Below the pieces are notes generated by a model. That model ran no database searches, was not told the origin of the DNA, and worked only from the letters and a program-made list of their open reading frames with translations. From assembly GCA_963727805.1 (NCBI GenBank), contig CAVSHF010000003.1:320001-384000 (forward strand): DNA of 64,000 nt, read 5' to 3'. Below are positions 1 through 12,403 of the stretch, piece after piece; the first letter of the stretch is position 1; each line of letters opens with the position of its first letter. Source of the DNA: an uncultured Nitrospiraceae bacterium. Its GTDB lineage: Bacteria; Nitrospirota; Thermodesulfovibrionia; Thermodesulfovibrionales; Dissulfurispiraceae. A program made the position numbers and the translations under genes.

Positions 1-2
1 AA

Positions 3-278
3 TATCTCAGGCATCTTCTCGACAGATTCAACGGTAGCCTTACTCTGGCACTAGCTGCTTATAATGCAGGGCCGGCGCGTGTCGAGAAGGACAAAAGAGT
101 TCCCTCCATCCCGGAAACGGTCGATTACGTGAAACGGGTGATGAATGATTATTCCGGAGGACCTGGATGGCTTTCAAGCGGCACCGGAAGTGCTAAAATA
201 AGGACGGTTGTTCTGGAGGATGGAACGGTCCTTTTTACCAATGCGTCTGCTACCGGCCACTCTTACCCGACCAATTAA
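3..278 (+). CDS. Lytic transglycosylase (SLT domain), C-terminal part, truncated by window edge
   Basis: Manual translation from base 3: YLRHLLDRFNGSLTLALAAYNAGPARV...IPETVDYVKRV; ALAAYNAG and ETxxYV are SLT motifs; TAA at 276-278. Confidence 0.85.
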   Translation, partial: YLRHLLDRFNGSLTLALAAYNAGPARVEKDKRVPSIPETVDYVKRVMNDYSGGPGWLSSGTGSAKIRTVVLEDGTVLFTNASATGHSYPTN

Positions 279-297
279 TTCTTGACAAGGGGTTTTG

Positions 298-1284
298 ATG
301 TCCGATGAACTCTTTTTCTTAAGAGAAGAAATAGGAGCGCTTAAGAAAAAGCGCAATGCTATAATCCTCGCCCATAATTATCAGCGGGACGAAGTACAGG
401 AAATCGCAGATTATACTGGAGACTCTCTCGAACTTTCGAGGACTGCGGCAGCGATCGATTGCGAGACGATCGTCTTTTGCGGCGTCCATTTCATGGCTGA
501 GAGCGCGTCTATTCTTTCTCCCAATAAGGTCGTTCTTCTGCCTGAGCCCGAGGCGACCTGCCCGATGGCAGAAATGATCGAAGTGGAATCGGTCAGAAGG
601 GTCTGGAAGACCTTTCCCGGTTATGACGTCCAGCCGACATTTCTCTTTCCCCATGAGTTTACGCTTAATGACATGAAAGCCCAGTATCCTGGAGTCCCTG
701 TCGTGGCCTATGTTAATACAACAGCTGAGGTGAAGGCTGAAAGCGATATTTGCTGCACTTCGGCGAATGTCGTGCAGGTTATCGAGTCTCTTCCTGACGA
801 GAGGGTGATTTGCATTCCCGACAGGAATCTATCGCTGTGGGCACAGAAGAATACGCAAAAACAGATTATCGCATGGGATGGATTTTGCCACGTGCACGAC
901 AGGGTGACCCGGGAAGATGTTGTCAACGCCCGGAAGCTTTATCCTGGCGCGCTCCTAATGGCGCACCCCGAGTGCAGGATTGAGGTGCTTGAGCTTGCCG
1001 ACCATGTGACGAGCACATCGGGAATGCTAAGGTTTGCCCACGCGTCTGAAGCCAAGGAATTCGTTGTCGGCACAGAACTGGGCCTGTTATACCGGCTTAA
1101 ACGTGAGAATCCCGATAAGGTATTTCACCCACTTCGGAAAGACATGCTATGCCCGAATATGAAAAAAACGACCCTTAAGAGCGTGCTACGAGCGCTGGAC
1201 AGGATGGAACAGGTTATCAAAGTGCCAGAAGAGATCAGGATTCTCGCAAAGAGGGCACTCGACAGAATGCTCGCAATCAAATAA
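298..1284 (+). CDS. nadA: Quinolinate synthase
   Basis: ILAHNYQ, FCGVHFMAE, CPMA, YVNT, GFCHVH, AHPEC, CPNMK motifs with three Fe-S cysteines. Confidence 0.96.
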   Translation: MSDELFFLREEIGALKKKRNAIILAHNYQRDEVQEIADYTGDSLELSRTAAAIDCETIVFCGVHFMAESASILSPNKVVLLPEPEATCPMAEMIEVESVRRVWKTFPGYDVQPTFLFPHEFTLNDMKAQYPGVPVVAYVNTTAEVKAESDICCTSANVVQVIESLPDERVICIPDRNLSLWAQKNTQKQIIAWDGFCHVHDRVTREDVVNARKLYPGALLMAHPECRIEVLELADHVTSTSGMLRFAHASEAKEFVVGTELGLLYRLKRENPDKVFHPLRKDMLCPNMKKTTLKSVLRALDRMEQVIKVPEEIRILAKRALDRMLAIK

Positions 1285-1306
1285 ATCTGGCGTCCATTCT
1301 TTAAGC

Positions 1307-2443
1307 GTGCCTATAATCAATCCACTCACAGAACAAATCACTCGACGAATAACATCGGAGGGACCGCTGTCTTTCGAGGACTTCATGGAAATGGCCCTCT
1401 ATTTTCCGGGGCTCGGATACTACACAAAAGAAGCGACCATTATAGGAAGAGCAGGAGATTTTTACACTAGTCCTCATTTGCATCCACTGTTTGGAGCCAT
1501 GATAGGCAAACAGATGGAAGAGATGTGGAATCTACTTGACAGGCCAGCGGAATTCTATGTCATCGAGATGGGAGCCGGGTTAGGTTATCTGGCAAAAGAC
1601 ATGATGGAATATCTTAAGGTGCGCGAAATTTATGAAAGCCTTCACTATGTGATTGTGGAGCTGAATCCGTCGGTCAAAATCAGTCAGGGTTTGCTGCTTA
1701 AAGAATTCGCCGGCAAGATAAAATGGTCTGACCAGTTAACGGATATCGGGCCGATTACAGGTTGCTTTCTTTCAAACGAGCTGCTCGATGCCTTTCCTGT
1801 CAGGCTGGTTGAGATGGAGAACAGCCTTCAAGAGATTTATGTTTCGGTCAACAGTAAAAATGAATTTACTGAGATAAAGAAGCCTTGCCGTCATGAGATC
1901 AAGAAATATTTCAAGGAATTTGCTATTGATATGCCTTCGGTGATGGAGAGCGGCTACAGGACCGAGGTCAATCTTAGGATTAAGGAATGGCTTCGGGAAA
2001 TTAGCGAAATACTTGAACGCGGTTTTGTCCTAACCGTTGACTACGGTTATTCCGCCGAGGATTATTACAGTCGGGAGAGAAACAGGGGGACGCTTCTCTG
2101 TTATCACCAGCACCAGGTTATCGAAAATTCTTACATCAATATCGGTAACCAGGACATGACGGCCCATATCAATTTTTCTGCATTAAAAAAATGGGGAGAG
2201 GAACAAGACCTGAGCACTATTGGCTTTGCGCCTCAGGGGAGCTATCTCATCTCTCTCGGCATCGACGAGGTTATGGCCAATATGCCTGAATTGATCAGCG
2301 ACGTTCTGGATATCCCAAAAATCAAAGGACTGCTTCTTCCCCAAGGCATGGGAGAATCTCACAAGGTAATGGTCCAATATAAAGGCAGAGAGGAAGTGCA
2401 GCTTCGGGGCTTCGCTCTGCGGAATCGGATGAAATATCTATAG
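1307..2443 (+). CDS. SAM-dependent methyltransferase, MidA/NDUFAF7 family
   Basis: FMEMALY..GYY, GDFYTSP, EMGAGLG, SNELLDAFP, DYGY, QDMTAHINF. Confidence 0.9.
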   Translation: MPIINPLTEQITRRITSEGPLSFEDFMEMALYFPGLGYYTKEATIIGRAGDFYTSPHLHPLFGAMIGKQMEEMWNLLDRPAEFYVIEMGAGLGYLAKDMMEYLKVREIYESLHYVIVELNPSVKISQGLLLKEFAGKIKWSDQLTDIGPITGCFLSNELLDAFPVRLVEMENSLQEIYVSVNSKNEFTEIKKPCRHEIKKYFKEFAIDMPSVMESGYRTEVNLRIKEWLREISEILERGFVLTVDYGYSAEDYYSRERNRGTLLCYHQHQVIENSYINIGNQDMTAHINFSALKKWGEEQDLSTIGFAPQGSYLISLGIDEVMANMPELISDVLDIPKIKGLLLPQGMGESHKVMVQYKGREEVQLRGFALRNRMKYL

Positions 2444-2491
2444 TCTGTTGAACTTAGCACATGGCGAGCCTCGTGTGCCTGCGACGAGCTT

Positions 2492-3250
2492 CTAGCCTGT
2501 ATATTTCTTAAGTTTTTCGATACTCTTTAACACGCGCTCGGGCGTATGGGCTTCAATAGTATAAATGCAATCTCTATCGTTAAGACGCGAAAAAAAATGG
2601 TCGAAATTGAAGGTGCCATCGCCTATGGGATGATGCTGGTCCGCGCTCCCATCATTGTCGTGGAGGTGGAGTTCCACAATATATTCACCAAGGTCGTCCA
2701 GCCATTTGTCGAGAGATACGGTCGAGAAAAGATTGCAGTGTCCGGTATCAAAACAGATGCCGAAATATTCAGAAGACATCGCTTCCATTAACACCCTCAG
2801 ATTCGTTGGTTCGTCCTCGAAGATATTCTCAACTGCGATCTTGCAGCCCAATGATTCAGCACGTTCTGCGAGGGGCTTCCAGAATTCAAGGCTCTTGCGG
2901 AGCCAGAGATCGATGCTGAGACTATATTTCCATTTTTCATATCCTGAATGACCAACTACCGCCACCGGTCTCAGAATTTCAGCAATTTCTACGATCTGGT
3001 TGAACCTCGATACGGTTGCTTCCCTGACTTTAGAGTCAACTGCTGCCGGCGAAAGATCCATGAACGGTGCGTGAATGCTGAGACAGGGGTTATGATTGAG
3101 GGCGCTCTGCAGGTTGTAAAGAAGAGCATAATCAAGTCCATCGAGGATATCGGAACTGAAATAGATCTCCAGATTAAATCTCTTCTGAAGGATAAAATCC
3201 ATGTATCTTCCGATCTTATCGAAGGGCACATGCACGTGGGGAAAGGTCAC
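2492..3250 (-). CDS. Sugar phosphate isomerase/epimerase (AP endonuclease 2 TIM-barrel) family
   Basis: SIHAPF, AVEN, CFDTGH, LHLHDNDG.DQH, TIE metal-binding motifs. Confidence 0.85.
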   Translation of the reverse strand: MTFPHVHVPFDKIGRYMDFILQKRFNLEIYFSSDILDGLDYALLYNLQSALNHNPCLSIHAPFMDLSPAAVDSKVREATVSRFNQIVEIAEILRPVAVVGHSGYEKWKYSLSIDLWLRKSLEFWKPLAERAESLGCKIAVENIFEDEPTNLRVLMEAMSSEYFGICFDTGHCNLFSTVSLDKWLDDLGEYIVELHLHDNDGSADQHHPIGDGTFNFDHFFSRLNDRDCIYTIEAHTPERVLKSIEKLKKYTG

Positions 3251-3552
3251 TATTTTGCGGCGACCTCCTCTTTTTTCGGCTCAGTCTTGGCATCAGTCGT
3301 GGTTTCGGTTTTTTTATCTTGCGCCTTCGCCTCCGAAGGCTTCTTTGCCGATTTGTCTTCCTCTCCTTTTTTGGGAGCCGCATAGTCGGTTGCATACCAT
3401 CCTGTTCCTTTTAAGACGAAGGAAGTATTGGAAATCAACTTCTTAACCTTGCTGCCGCAGTCAGGGCATAAGGCCAATGGGGCATCGCTGAATTTCTGCA
3501 TTATTTCATGGGTTTTCCCACATTTCACACATCCATATTCATAAATGGGCAT
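3250..3552 (-). CDS. FmdB-family zinc-ribbon protein with Lys/Glu/Thr-rich tail
   Basis: MPIYEYxCxxC...CPxC...FxLKGTGWYxTDY; SD AAGGAGG. Confidence 0.9.
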   Translation of the reverse strand: MPIYEYGCVKCGKTHEIMQKFSDAPLALCPDCGSKVKKLISNTSFVLKGTGWYATDYAAPKKGEEDKSAKKPSEAKAQDKKTETTTDAKTEPKKEEVAAK

Positions 3553-3583
3553 ATGGTTCCTCCTTGGTGATGAACTCCTTAAT

Positions 3584-3660
3584 AGTATAATAGACCTCTA
3601 CGGTTTCGGTCAATGAAACCATTATTATTATTGACATATTTTGTGTTTTTCTGGTTAAAT
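3584..3660. promoter_or_regulatory. Divergent sigma-70-like promoters for the fmdB-like gene and rplU
   Basis: Minus strand TTGACC-N18-TATACT (3613-3584); plus strand TTGACA at 3631 followed by an AT-rich -10-like element near 3655. Confidence 0.5.
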
Positions 3661-3692
3661 ACTAATCTAATTCATTCGGGGGTGTGATTGAT

Positions 3693-4007
3693 ATGTACGC
3701 AATAATAGAGACTGGCGGAGAACAGCTCAGGGTGTCAGCCGGAGATGTTGTATCCGTTGAAAAGGTTGACGGAGACGCCAATACCGAGATAACCTTGGAC
3801 AAGGTGCTGATGGTAGAGAAGGATGGCAATACAGTCTTCGGCAGACCGTACGTTCAAGGGGTAACAGTAAAAGCAGAGATTGTGCAGACAGCAAGGACTC
3901 CGAAGGTCCTGGTAATGAAGCATCAATCAAAAAAGGCGACTAAAAAGGTCACGGGTCACCGGCAGTATTTTACTACTTTGAAGATCAAAGAGATCATCGG
4001 AGGATAG
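3693..4007 (+). CDS. rplU: 50S ribosomal protein L21
   Basis: [20 protein letters not shown]; directly upstream of rpmA. Confidence 0.97.
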   Translation: MYAIIETGGEQLRVSAGDVVSVEKVDGDANTEITLDKVLMVEKDGNTVFGRPYVQGVTVKAEIVQTARTPKVLVMKHQSKKATKKVTGHRQYFTTLKIKEIIGG

Positions 4008-4008
4008 A

Positions 4009-4284
4009 ATGGCACATAAAAAAGGCGTTGGAAGCACACGGAACGGCCGCGACAGCGAGTCCCAGCGGCTTGGCATAAAAAGGTACGGAGGACAGTTGGT
4101 CCGCGCCGGTAATATACTTGTCAGGCAGAGGGGAACGAAATTTCATCCCGGCACGAATGTCGGCAAGGGATCTGATGATACCCTTTTTGCCCTTGTTGAT
4201 GGCGTGGTCAAGTTCGAGAGAAAAGACAAGGAGAGGCTTAAGGTAAGCGTATACGCAATGGAGCCTGCAGTATTAGGCGCATAA
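4009..4284 (+). CDS. rpmA: 50S ribosomal protein L27
   Basis: [33 protein letters not shown]. Confidence 0.98.
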   Translation: MAHKKGVGSTRNGRDSESQRLGIKRYGGQLVRAGNILVRQRGTKFHPGTNVGKGSDDTLFALVDGVVKFERKDKERLKVSVYAMEPAVLGA

Positions 4285-4311
4285 TTAACCGAGCTCTTAA
4301 GGAGAAAATGG

Positions 4312-6458
<2,147 letters not shown>

Positions 6459-6540
6459 AAAACCGTTTGAGAGTTCAAGAGTCATGAGTTGGCAAATCTT
6501 GAATCGGCAAGCCACGTAACTCCTAAAAGTCCGCAACTCG

Positions 6541-8628
6541 TTAGGACAGCTTTGAAAAGTCTGCGATCTGCAATCCGAGGCCCTGAATGATTTTTATTAT
6601 GGAGAGGCGGTTCTGCTTTATTGCTTCGTCCTTATCCATGATGAGCACCTTGTCAAAAAACAAATTCACCGGCTCTTTGAGCGTCATCAGAATTTTGATC
6701 GCCTCGGATGATTCGTTTCTTGCAAGCAATGAAGAAATTTGAGGTGCTGCAGTTTCTATCGCGGCGTGAAGAGATTTTTCCTCTTCCTGGACCAACAGGT
6801 TTCTGTTCACCGCCGGAACATCGACTTTCGGGGCTATATTATTGATCCTCTTAATGATGAGCAGGAATCCTTCGCATTCGGCATCTCCTTTGAGCTGCTT
6901 CAGGGCATCCAATCTGTCTCTGATAATATAAAACGGCATTTTTCTCACGAACGGGACTACTGCTGATATTACGTCTGAGGTATAACCGGCAGCTTGGAAT
7001 ATTGGATCGAAGCGTTGTTCGAAGAACCGTACGATGCTATTGATTACGCCATCGGTGTCATGGATAGAATAAGGTTTTAAAGCCATCTCCAGTACTTCAT
7101 TCAATGCGACAGGATATCGCTTATCAACAAGGATCAATATTACCCCTATTGTCTGCCGCCGCAAGGCAAAAGGATCTTCGGTACCAGTGGGGACCAATCC
7201 GAGCATAAAGAAGGATGCAATGGTATCAAGTTTGTCAGCAAGGCTCACAATAGCTCCAGTATGGGTTTCAGGGAGTTGGTCACCGGAATATTTGGGTAGG
7301 TATTGTTCCTTCAGTGCCTGAGCAATTTCCTTTTTATAGCCTTCGTTTGTTGCATAATATCCGCCCATAATGCCCTGCAGCTCCGGGAATTCCCGTACGA
7401 CACCGGATATGAGATCTGCCTTTGATAAAAGCGCGGCTGTATGGATGTCTTCCTTTCGCTCAGGGTGGCATTTGTCTGCCAGAAAGTCCGCAATTGCTGC
7501 AACGCGAATGCTCTTGTCATGAGTGCTGCCAAGCCGGTCATGGAAGATAACCTTCTTTAGTCTTTCGAGCCTCTCTAAAAGAGAGACTTTCTTGTCCTCT
7601 TCATAATAGAAGCGTGCATCCTCGAAACGCGCTTTAATGACCTTTTCAGCGCCCTTCTTCACCGTTTTATCGTTTTCCTGACGCGTATTACTTACTACAA
7701 TAAAATAGTTGGTGAGGCCTCCCCTCCCGTTTGCGAGTGCAAAATACTTCTGGTGGTCCTTCATGACGGTTATCAGAAGTTCGCCGGGCAGGTCCAGATA
7801 ATCCTGCGAGAAGGTGCCGAGCACCGGCATCGGATATTCGACAAGAAATGTGACATGATTCAGGAGGCCCTCATCCTCGATTATTGAGGCGCTGACCGAT
7901 GAGGCAAGTTTCTGCGAGGCTTCAGATATGATTTTCTTTCTTTCCACAGGATCGATTATGACGAAATTATTCCTGAGCAAATTGATGTATGTCTTGGAAT
8001 CTTTTATCTCAAAGGAAGCAGGGGAGAGGAAGCGGTGGCCCCGGGTAATATTGCCGCTCTTGATGCCTTCAATTATGAACTGAACTTTCTGATTGTCATA
8101 AAGCGCGAAGAGCCAGTGAATAGGACGGACAAATCTGAAGTCACCGTCACCCCAGCGCATGGCTTTTGGAAAGTGAAGGGATTCGAGCAGCTGCGTCATT
8201 AGATCAGGAAGTACTTCTGCAGTCTTGAGCGAGCTCTCTTTAATCGTTGCGACGACATACCGACCCTTGCCCTTCTCCTTGACCGAGATATCACTGATCG
8301 CTATCCCCTGGGATCTTGCGAAGGCATCGGCAGCCCGTGTCGGCCGGCCTTCTTTATCAAAGGCAACGTTCTCAGGAGGGCCCCATACTTCCTTTTCGGT
8401 AGCAGTCTGTGAACGGTCCAGTTCAGCAAAAAGAGACAATCGGCGAGGGGTAGAATACGTCTTCAGAGAACCGAAGCTGAGACGATATTCATTGAAGAGT
8501 TTTTCTGCATTTTCTTTCAATTGCATCATTGCATCAGGTAAGAAGCGGGCGGGGATCTCCTCAGTCCCGATTTCGAATATCAAGAGAGGGAGTGTCGGTA
8601 CTGCATAAGGATACATGTTATCTGTCAT
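6541..8628 (-). CDS. glyS: Glycine--tRNA ligase beta subunit
   Basis: FEIGTEEIPA, TPRRL, FPK.MRW, FVRPIHW, EFPELQG.MG, DPFALRR. Confidence 0.96.
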   Translation of the reverse strand: MTDNMYPYAVPTLPLLIFEIGTEEIPARFLPDAMMQLKENAEKLFNEYRLSFGSLKTYSTPRRLSLFAELDRSQTATEKEVWGPPENVAFDKEGRPTRAADAFARSQGIAISDISVKEKGKGRYVVATIKESSLKTAEVLPDLMTQLLESLHFPKAMRWGDGDFRFVRPIHWLFALYDNQKVQFIIEGIKSGNITRGHRFLSPASFEIKDSKTYINLLRNNFVIIDPVERKKIISEASQKLASSVSASIIEDEGLLNHVTFLVEYPMPVLGTFSQDYLDLPGELLITVMKDHQKYFALANGRGGLTNYFIVVSNTRQENDKTVKKGAEKVIKARFEDARFYYEEDKKVSLLERLERLKKVIFHDRLGSTHDKSIRVAAIADFLADKCHPERKEDIHTAALLSKADLISGVVREFPELQGIMGGYYATNEGYKKEIAQALKEQYLPKYSGDQLPETHTGAIVSLADKLDTIASFFMLGLVPTGTEDPFALRRQTIGVILILVDKRYPVALNEVLEMALKPYSIHDTDGVINSIVRFFEQRFDPIFQAAGYTSDVISAVVPFVRKMPFYIIRDRLDALKQLKGDAECEGFLLIIKRINNIAPKVDVPAVNRNLLVQEEEKSLHAAIETAAPQISSLLARNESSEAIKILMTLKEPVNLFFDKVLIMDKDEAIKQNRLSIIKIIQGLGLQIADFSKLS

Positions 8629-8629
8629 A

Positions 8630-9499
8630 TCACCTCTGCAGAAGCGGGAAGTTCATCGATTCACGCTGTTTCAAAAAAGCCTCAGCGCACGTTTTTGCGA
8701 GTGCTCTCACACGAGTGATATAGCCGGTGCGCTCCGTGACTGAAATGACTCCCCGTGCATCGAGAAGGTTGAAGGTATGTGAGCTTTTGAGACAAAATTC
8801 GTACGCAGGAAGAACAAGGCCGAGGTCATTCAGCCTTTTCGATTCCCTTTCATAAGAGTCAAATTGGGATACCAGCAACTCGGTATTTGCATAATCGAAA
8901 TTGAACTTCGAAAATTCGATTTCATCCTGTTTGTGGATCTCACCGTATTTGATACCCTTGCACCACTCGATATCGAATACATTATCTATCTCCTGAAGAT
9001 ACATAGCGATCCGTTCAAGTCCGTAGGTTATCTCCGTAGAAACGGGCTTGAGGTCGATACCACCGACTTGCTGAAAATAGGTAAATTGCGTTATCTCCAT
9101 TCCGTCCAGCCACACTTCCCATCCGAGACCCCAGGCGCCGAGAGTCGGCGACTCCCAGTCGTCTTCGACAAAACGTATATCGTGTCGCAAAGCCTCTATG
9201 CCGAGCAGAGCAAGGCTATCGAGATAAAGTTCCTGGCTTTCAAGAGGAGATGGCTTAAGAATTACCTGATATTGATAATAGTGCTGAAGCCTATTCGGAT
9301 TTTCGCCGTACCTGCCGTCGGTCGGCCTTCTGCAGGGCTCTACATAAGCAGTCTTCCACGGTTCAGGACCGAGGACTCTAAAAAAAGTAGCCGGATGAAA
9401 CGTGCCCGCTCCAACTTCGAGATCATAAGGTTGAAGGATCACGCACCCCTTTCTGGCCCAGTAGTCGTTTAGACGAGCTATTAATTCTTGGAAGTACAT
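8630..9499 (-). CDS. glyQ: Glycine--tRNA ligase alpha subunit
   Basis: [42 protein letters not shown]. Confidence 0.98.
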   Translation of the reverse strand: MYFQELIARLNDYWARKGCVILQPYDLEVGAGTFHPATFFRVLGPEPWKTAYVEPCRRPTDGRYGENPNRLQHYYQYQVILKPSPLESQELYLDSLALLGIEALRHDIRFVEDDWESPTLGAWGLGWEVWLDGMEITQFTYFQQVGGIDLKPVSTEITYGLERIAMYLQEIDNVFDIEWCKGIKYGEIHKQDEIEFSKFNFDYANTELLVSQFDSYERESKRLNDLGLVLPAYEFCLKSSHTFNLLDARGVISVTERTGYITRVRALAKTCAEAFLKQRESMNFPLLQR

Positions 9500-9669
9500 G
9501 GAATATAAATAAAATATATCATTATCGAGGGATTATATTATCTGAATTCCTGACACTTTGTCAAACTTCTCGGCGAGTTTTATCGTCCCCCATGAGAAAT
9601 AATGTGAAAAAGCGTTGATGGACATGGAGGATATTGATATTCATCAATCAAGCAGAGGTTGCATGATGC

Positions 9670-9696
9670 TTGACACATCATTTATTTCTGTATAAT
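9670..9696 (+). promoter_or_regulatory. Putative sigma-70 promoter of the DEAD-box helicase
   Basis: TTGACA-N15-TATAAT; consensus hexamers but short spacer. Confidence 0.5.
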
Positions 9697-9954
9697 TTAT
9701 GAGCTAACTTACTCTTTAAACTTAATAACTGTATAAGCTCGAGAAGTTTTCGGTGAGGTGGACTTATAAGTTCTGGTAACAGGCGCTGCTGACTGTTTTA
9801 TTCTGCTTGTTACGTACTATGCCTGTGATGACGATAAGAAGCATATCCTTCAATTCCTTCCTTTTTATCCATGTTGAAGGTATACTAAGGTATATATTTC
9901 ATATATATCCTCTCGGAATTTCGAGACTAATACTTCTTTTTGGAGATGGCAATC

Positions 9955-11505
9955 ATGAATTTCGATGATTTTCAACTGAGCAAAGAGACACATAAGGCCA
10001 TTACCAAGCTTGGCTTTGAGGAACCGACGCCAATACAGGTCACCGCTATCCCGGCAATCATGAAAGGAATGGATGTAATCGGGCAGGCGCAGACCGGCAC
10101 AGGAAAGACCGCAGCCTTCGGTATTCCTATCATCGAGATGTTTCAGCGTGCCAAAAAGCCCTATGCACTTATCCTGGAGCCGACAAGGGAACTGGCGGTG
10201 CAGGTGGCTGAGGAGATCAGTAACATAAGTCTATTTAAGAAGATCCAGGTCCTGCCTGTGTACGGCGGCAAATCGATCGATACTCAGATTAGGGCCTTTA
10301 GGCGCGGCGTAGATATTGTTGTAGGAACACCGGGCCGAATTATGGACCATATGAACAGGAAAACCTTTTCCCTTTCAGATTTGAAGATTGTCGTGCTTGA
10401 CGAAGCGGATGAGATGCTTGACATGGGGTTTATCGACGATATTGAAACGATTCTCAAACAGACCCCGCCTGAAAGACAGACGCTTCTCTTTTCGGCGACG
10501 ATGCCGGAGGTGATCCTCACCATTGCGAAAAAATACATGAAGAAACCTGAAAAGATCAGGGTAAACCCAGGGAGTATGATTGTTCCCAAGATAAAGCAGG
10601 TTTTTTACGAAGTCAGAAATGAAGATAAACTCAAAGCCCTGGCGCGACTCCTCGACGTAGAGGACCCCTCTCTAGCTATTGTCTTTTGCCATACTAAACG
10701 GGATGTTGACGAAGTAAGTCAGAAGCTTCAGCATATGGGATATAACGCAGATGCGCTTCACGGAGATTATTCTCAGGCACGGCGAGAAGAGGTGATGGGA
10801 AAATTCAGGAAGGGTCAGATAGAAATCCTCGTCGCCACCGATGTTGCGGCGCGCGGACTTGATATACAAAATGTATCACACGTTATCAATTTCAGCATTC
10901 CACAGAACCCAGAAAACTATATCCACCGAATCGGCAGGACGGGTAGGGCCGGGAAAGCGGGGATTGCCATAACTCTCGTTACCCCGCGGGAGTACACCTT
11001 TCTGAGACAAATCGAAAGAAAAGCACAAACGGTGATCGGCAGGCAAAAGCTACCCTCTCTCCAGGAAGCCATCGGTGCGCAGACGAAAAATATCGAGAAT
11101 TCTATTGGATCTATCATTCAGGAAAACAGACATTCTGGATATGCCGGGATGATCAAGAGCCTTTCTGAGCGGTTCAGCTTCGCTGATATCGCCGCTGCTT
11201 CTCTCTTTGCGGCCTATGGTGAACTACCGGGAGAAATGCCCTCGCATGAGCGAGAAGAAACAACGGGAGGCAGGGTTAGACTCTTTATGACCATAGGTAG
11301 AATGGACAAGATCAATGTGACTGATATTGTCCATTCAATCGCCGCAGAGGCCAAGATTCCACAAAGGAAGATCGTTAACGTACGCGTACTTGACAAGTTC
11401 ACTTTTGTCGAGGTGCCGGAAGAGCTTGCGGATGGTATAATAGGTTCTCTGAACGACATGGTCCTGAAGGGAAGAAAGGTAAGAGTTGCGGAAGCTCGAA
11501 AATGA
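9955..11505 (+). CDS. DEAD-box RNA helicase with DbpA-type C-terminal RNA-binding domain (DeaD/CshA-like)
   Basis: Q motif, AQTGTGKT, PTRELA, DEAD, SAT, ARGLD, HRIGRTGRAG; SD GGAG before ATG 9955. Confidence 0.93.
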   Translation: MNFDDFQLSKETHKAITKLGFEEPTPIQVTAIPAIMKGMDVIGQAQTGTGKTAAFGIPIIEMFQRAKKPYALILEPTRELAVQVAEEISNISLFKKIQVLPVYGGKSIDTQIRAFRRGVDIVVGTPGRIMDHMNRKTFSLSDLKIVVLDEADEMLDMGFIDDIETILKQTPPERQTLLFSATMPEVILTIAKKYMKKPEKIRVNPGSMIVPKIKQVFYEVRNEDKLKALARLLDVEDPSLAIVFCHTKRDVDEVSQKLQHMGYNADALHGDYSQARREEVMGKFRKGQIEILVATDVAARGLDIQNVSHVINFSIPQNPENYIHRIGRTGRAGKAGIAITLVTPREYTFLRQIERKAQTVIGRQKLPSLQEAIGAQTKNIENSIGSIIQENRHSGYAGMIKSLSERFSFADIAAASLFAAYGELPGEMPSHEREETTGGRVRLFMTIGRMDKINVTDIVHSIAAEAKIPQRKIVNVRVLDKFTFVEVPEELADGIIGSLNDMVLKGRKVRVAEARK

Positions 11506-11614
11506 TGGATATCTTGACAGTCGTTAGATATCCGAACGGAATGGGTGTATGCTGTGAGCGGCTCCTATATTAGGAAGCCGAAAATGAGATAACGCGAAAG
11601 GTCACCACTTCAAA

Positions 11615-12289
11615 ATGAGAATACTGCTGGTTGAAGATGAAAAGGGAGTCGCAAAGTTTGTTAAAAAAGGTCTCGAAGAAGAGCACTATACTGTAGATCA
11701 TGAAGTAAACGGAAAAGAAGCTCTCAATTATATAGCGGCCAATCAGTATGACCTTATCATTCTTGATATAATGCTCCCGGGAATGAATGGGATCGACATT
11801 TGCAGAAACATTCGATCAGAGGGGATACAGACTCCGGTAATGATGCTTACTGCACGCGAGTCGGTCGGTGACAAGGTCCAGGCCCTCGACAGCGGCGCCG
11901 ACGATTACCTTACAAAACCCTTTTCTTTTGATGAATTACTTGCACGGATACGGGCGCTTCTGAGAAGGAAAAAGGATTCGATGCCGGAACTGACTGCTGG
12001 AAAATTGCGCCTCGATGTGGCAGCCCGCAAAGTTTTTATCGGGGAGCAGGAGGCAATCATCAGTCCAAAGGAATTTGCCATCCTGCAATATCTCCTCAGG
12101 AACAAGGGGCGAGTGGTTTCGCGTACCCAGATCCTTGAGAATATCTGGGGATATGACTTTAATCCATCCACCAATGTGGTCGATGTTCATATTAAGACCT
12201 TACGTGAGAAAATAGGTCAGTTCATGCAAATCAATATTATTCGAAGTGTCAGAGGCGTCGGATATACCATAGACGTTGAGAATGAATGA
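11615..12289 (+). CDS. OmpR-family response regulator (CusR/CopR-like)
   Basis: LLVED, LDIMLPG, LTA, GADDYLTKPF, winged helix NVVDVHI..LR.K, VRGVGY. Confidence 0.92.
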   Translation: MRILLVEDEKGVAKFVKKGLEEEHYTVDHEVNGKEALNYIAANQYDLIILDIMLPGMNGIDICRNIRSEGIQTPVMMLTARESVGDKVQALDSGADDYLTKPFSFDELLARIRALLRRKKDSMPELTAGKLRLDVAARKVFIGEQEAIISPKEFAILQYLLRNKGRVVSRTQILENIWGYDFNPSTNVVDVHIKTLREKIGQFMQINIIRSVRGVGYTIDVENE

Positions 12290-12403
12290 TGCTCCTGTCC
12301 GCATGAAATTATTTTCATATAAACTTTATTGAGATTTAATCTGTTGACATTAAGATAAAATAATGTGCATCGATAGCCGGGGCGATTGCGGGAACCTGAC
12401 GAA

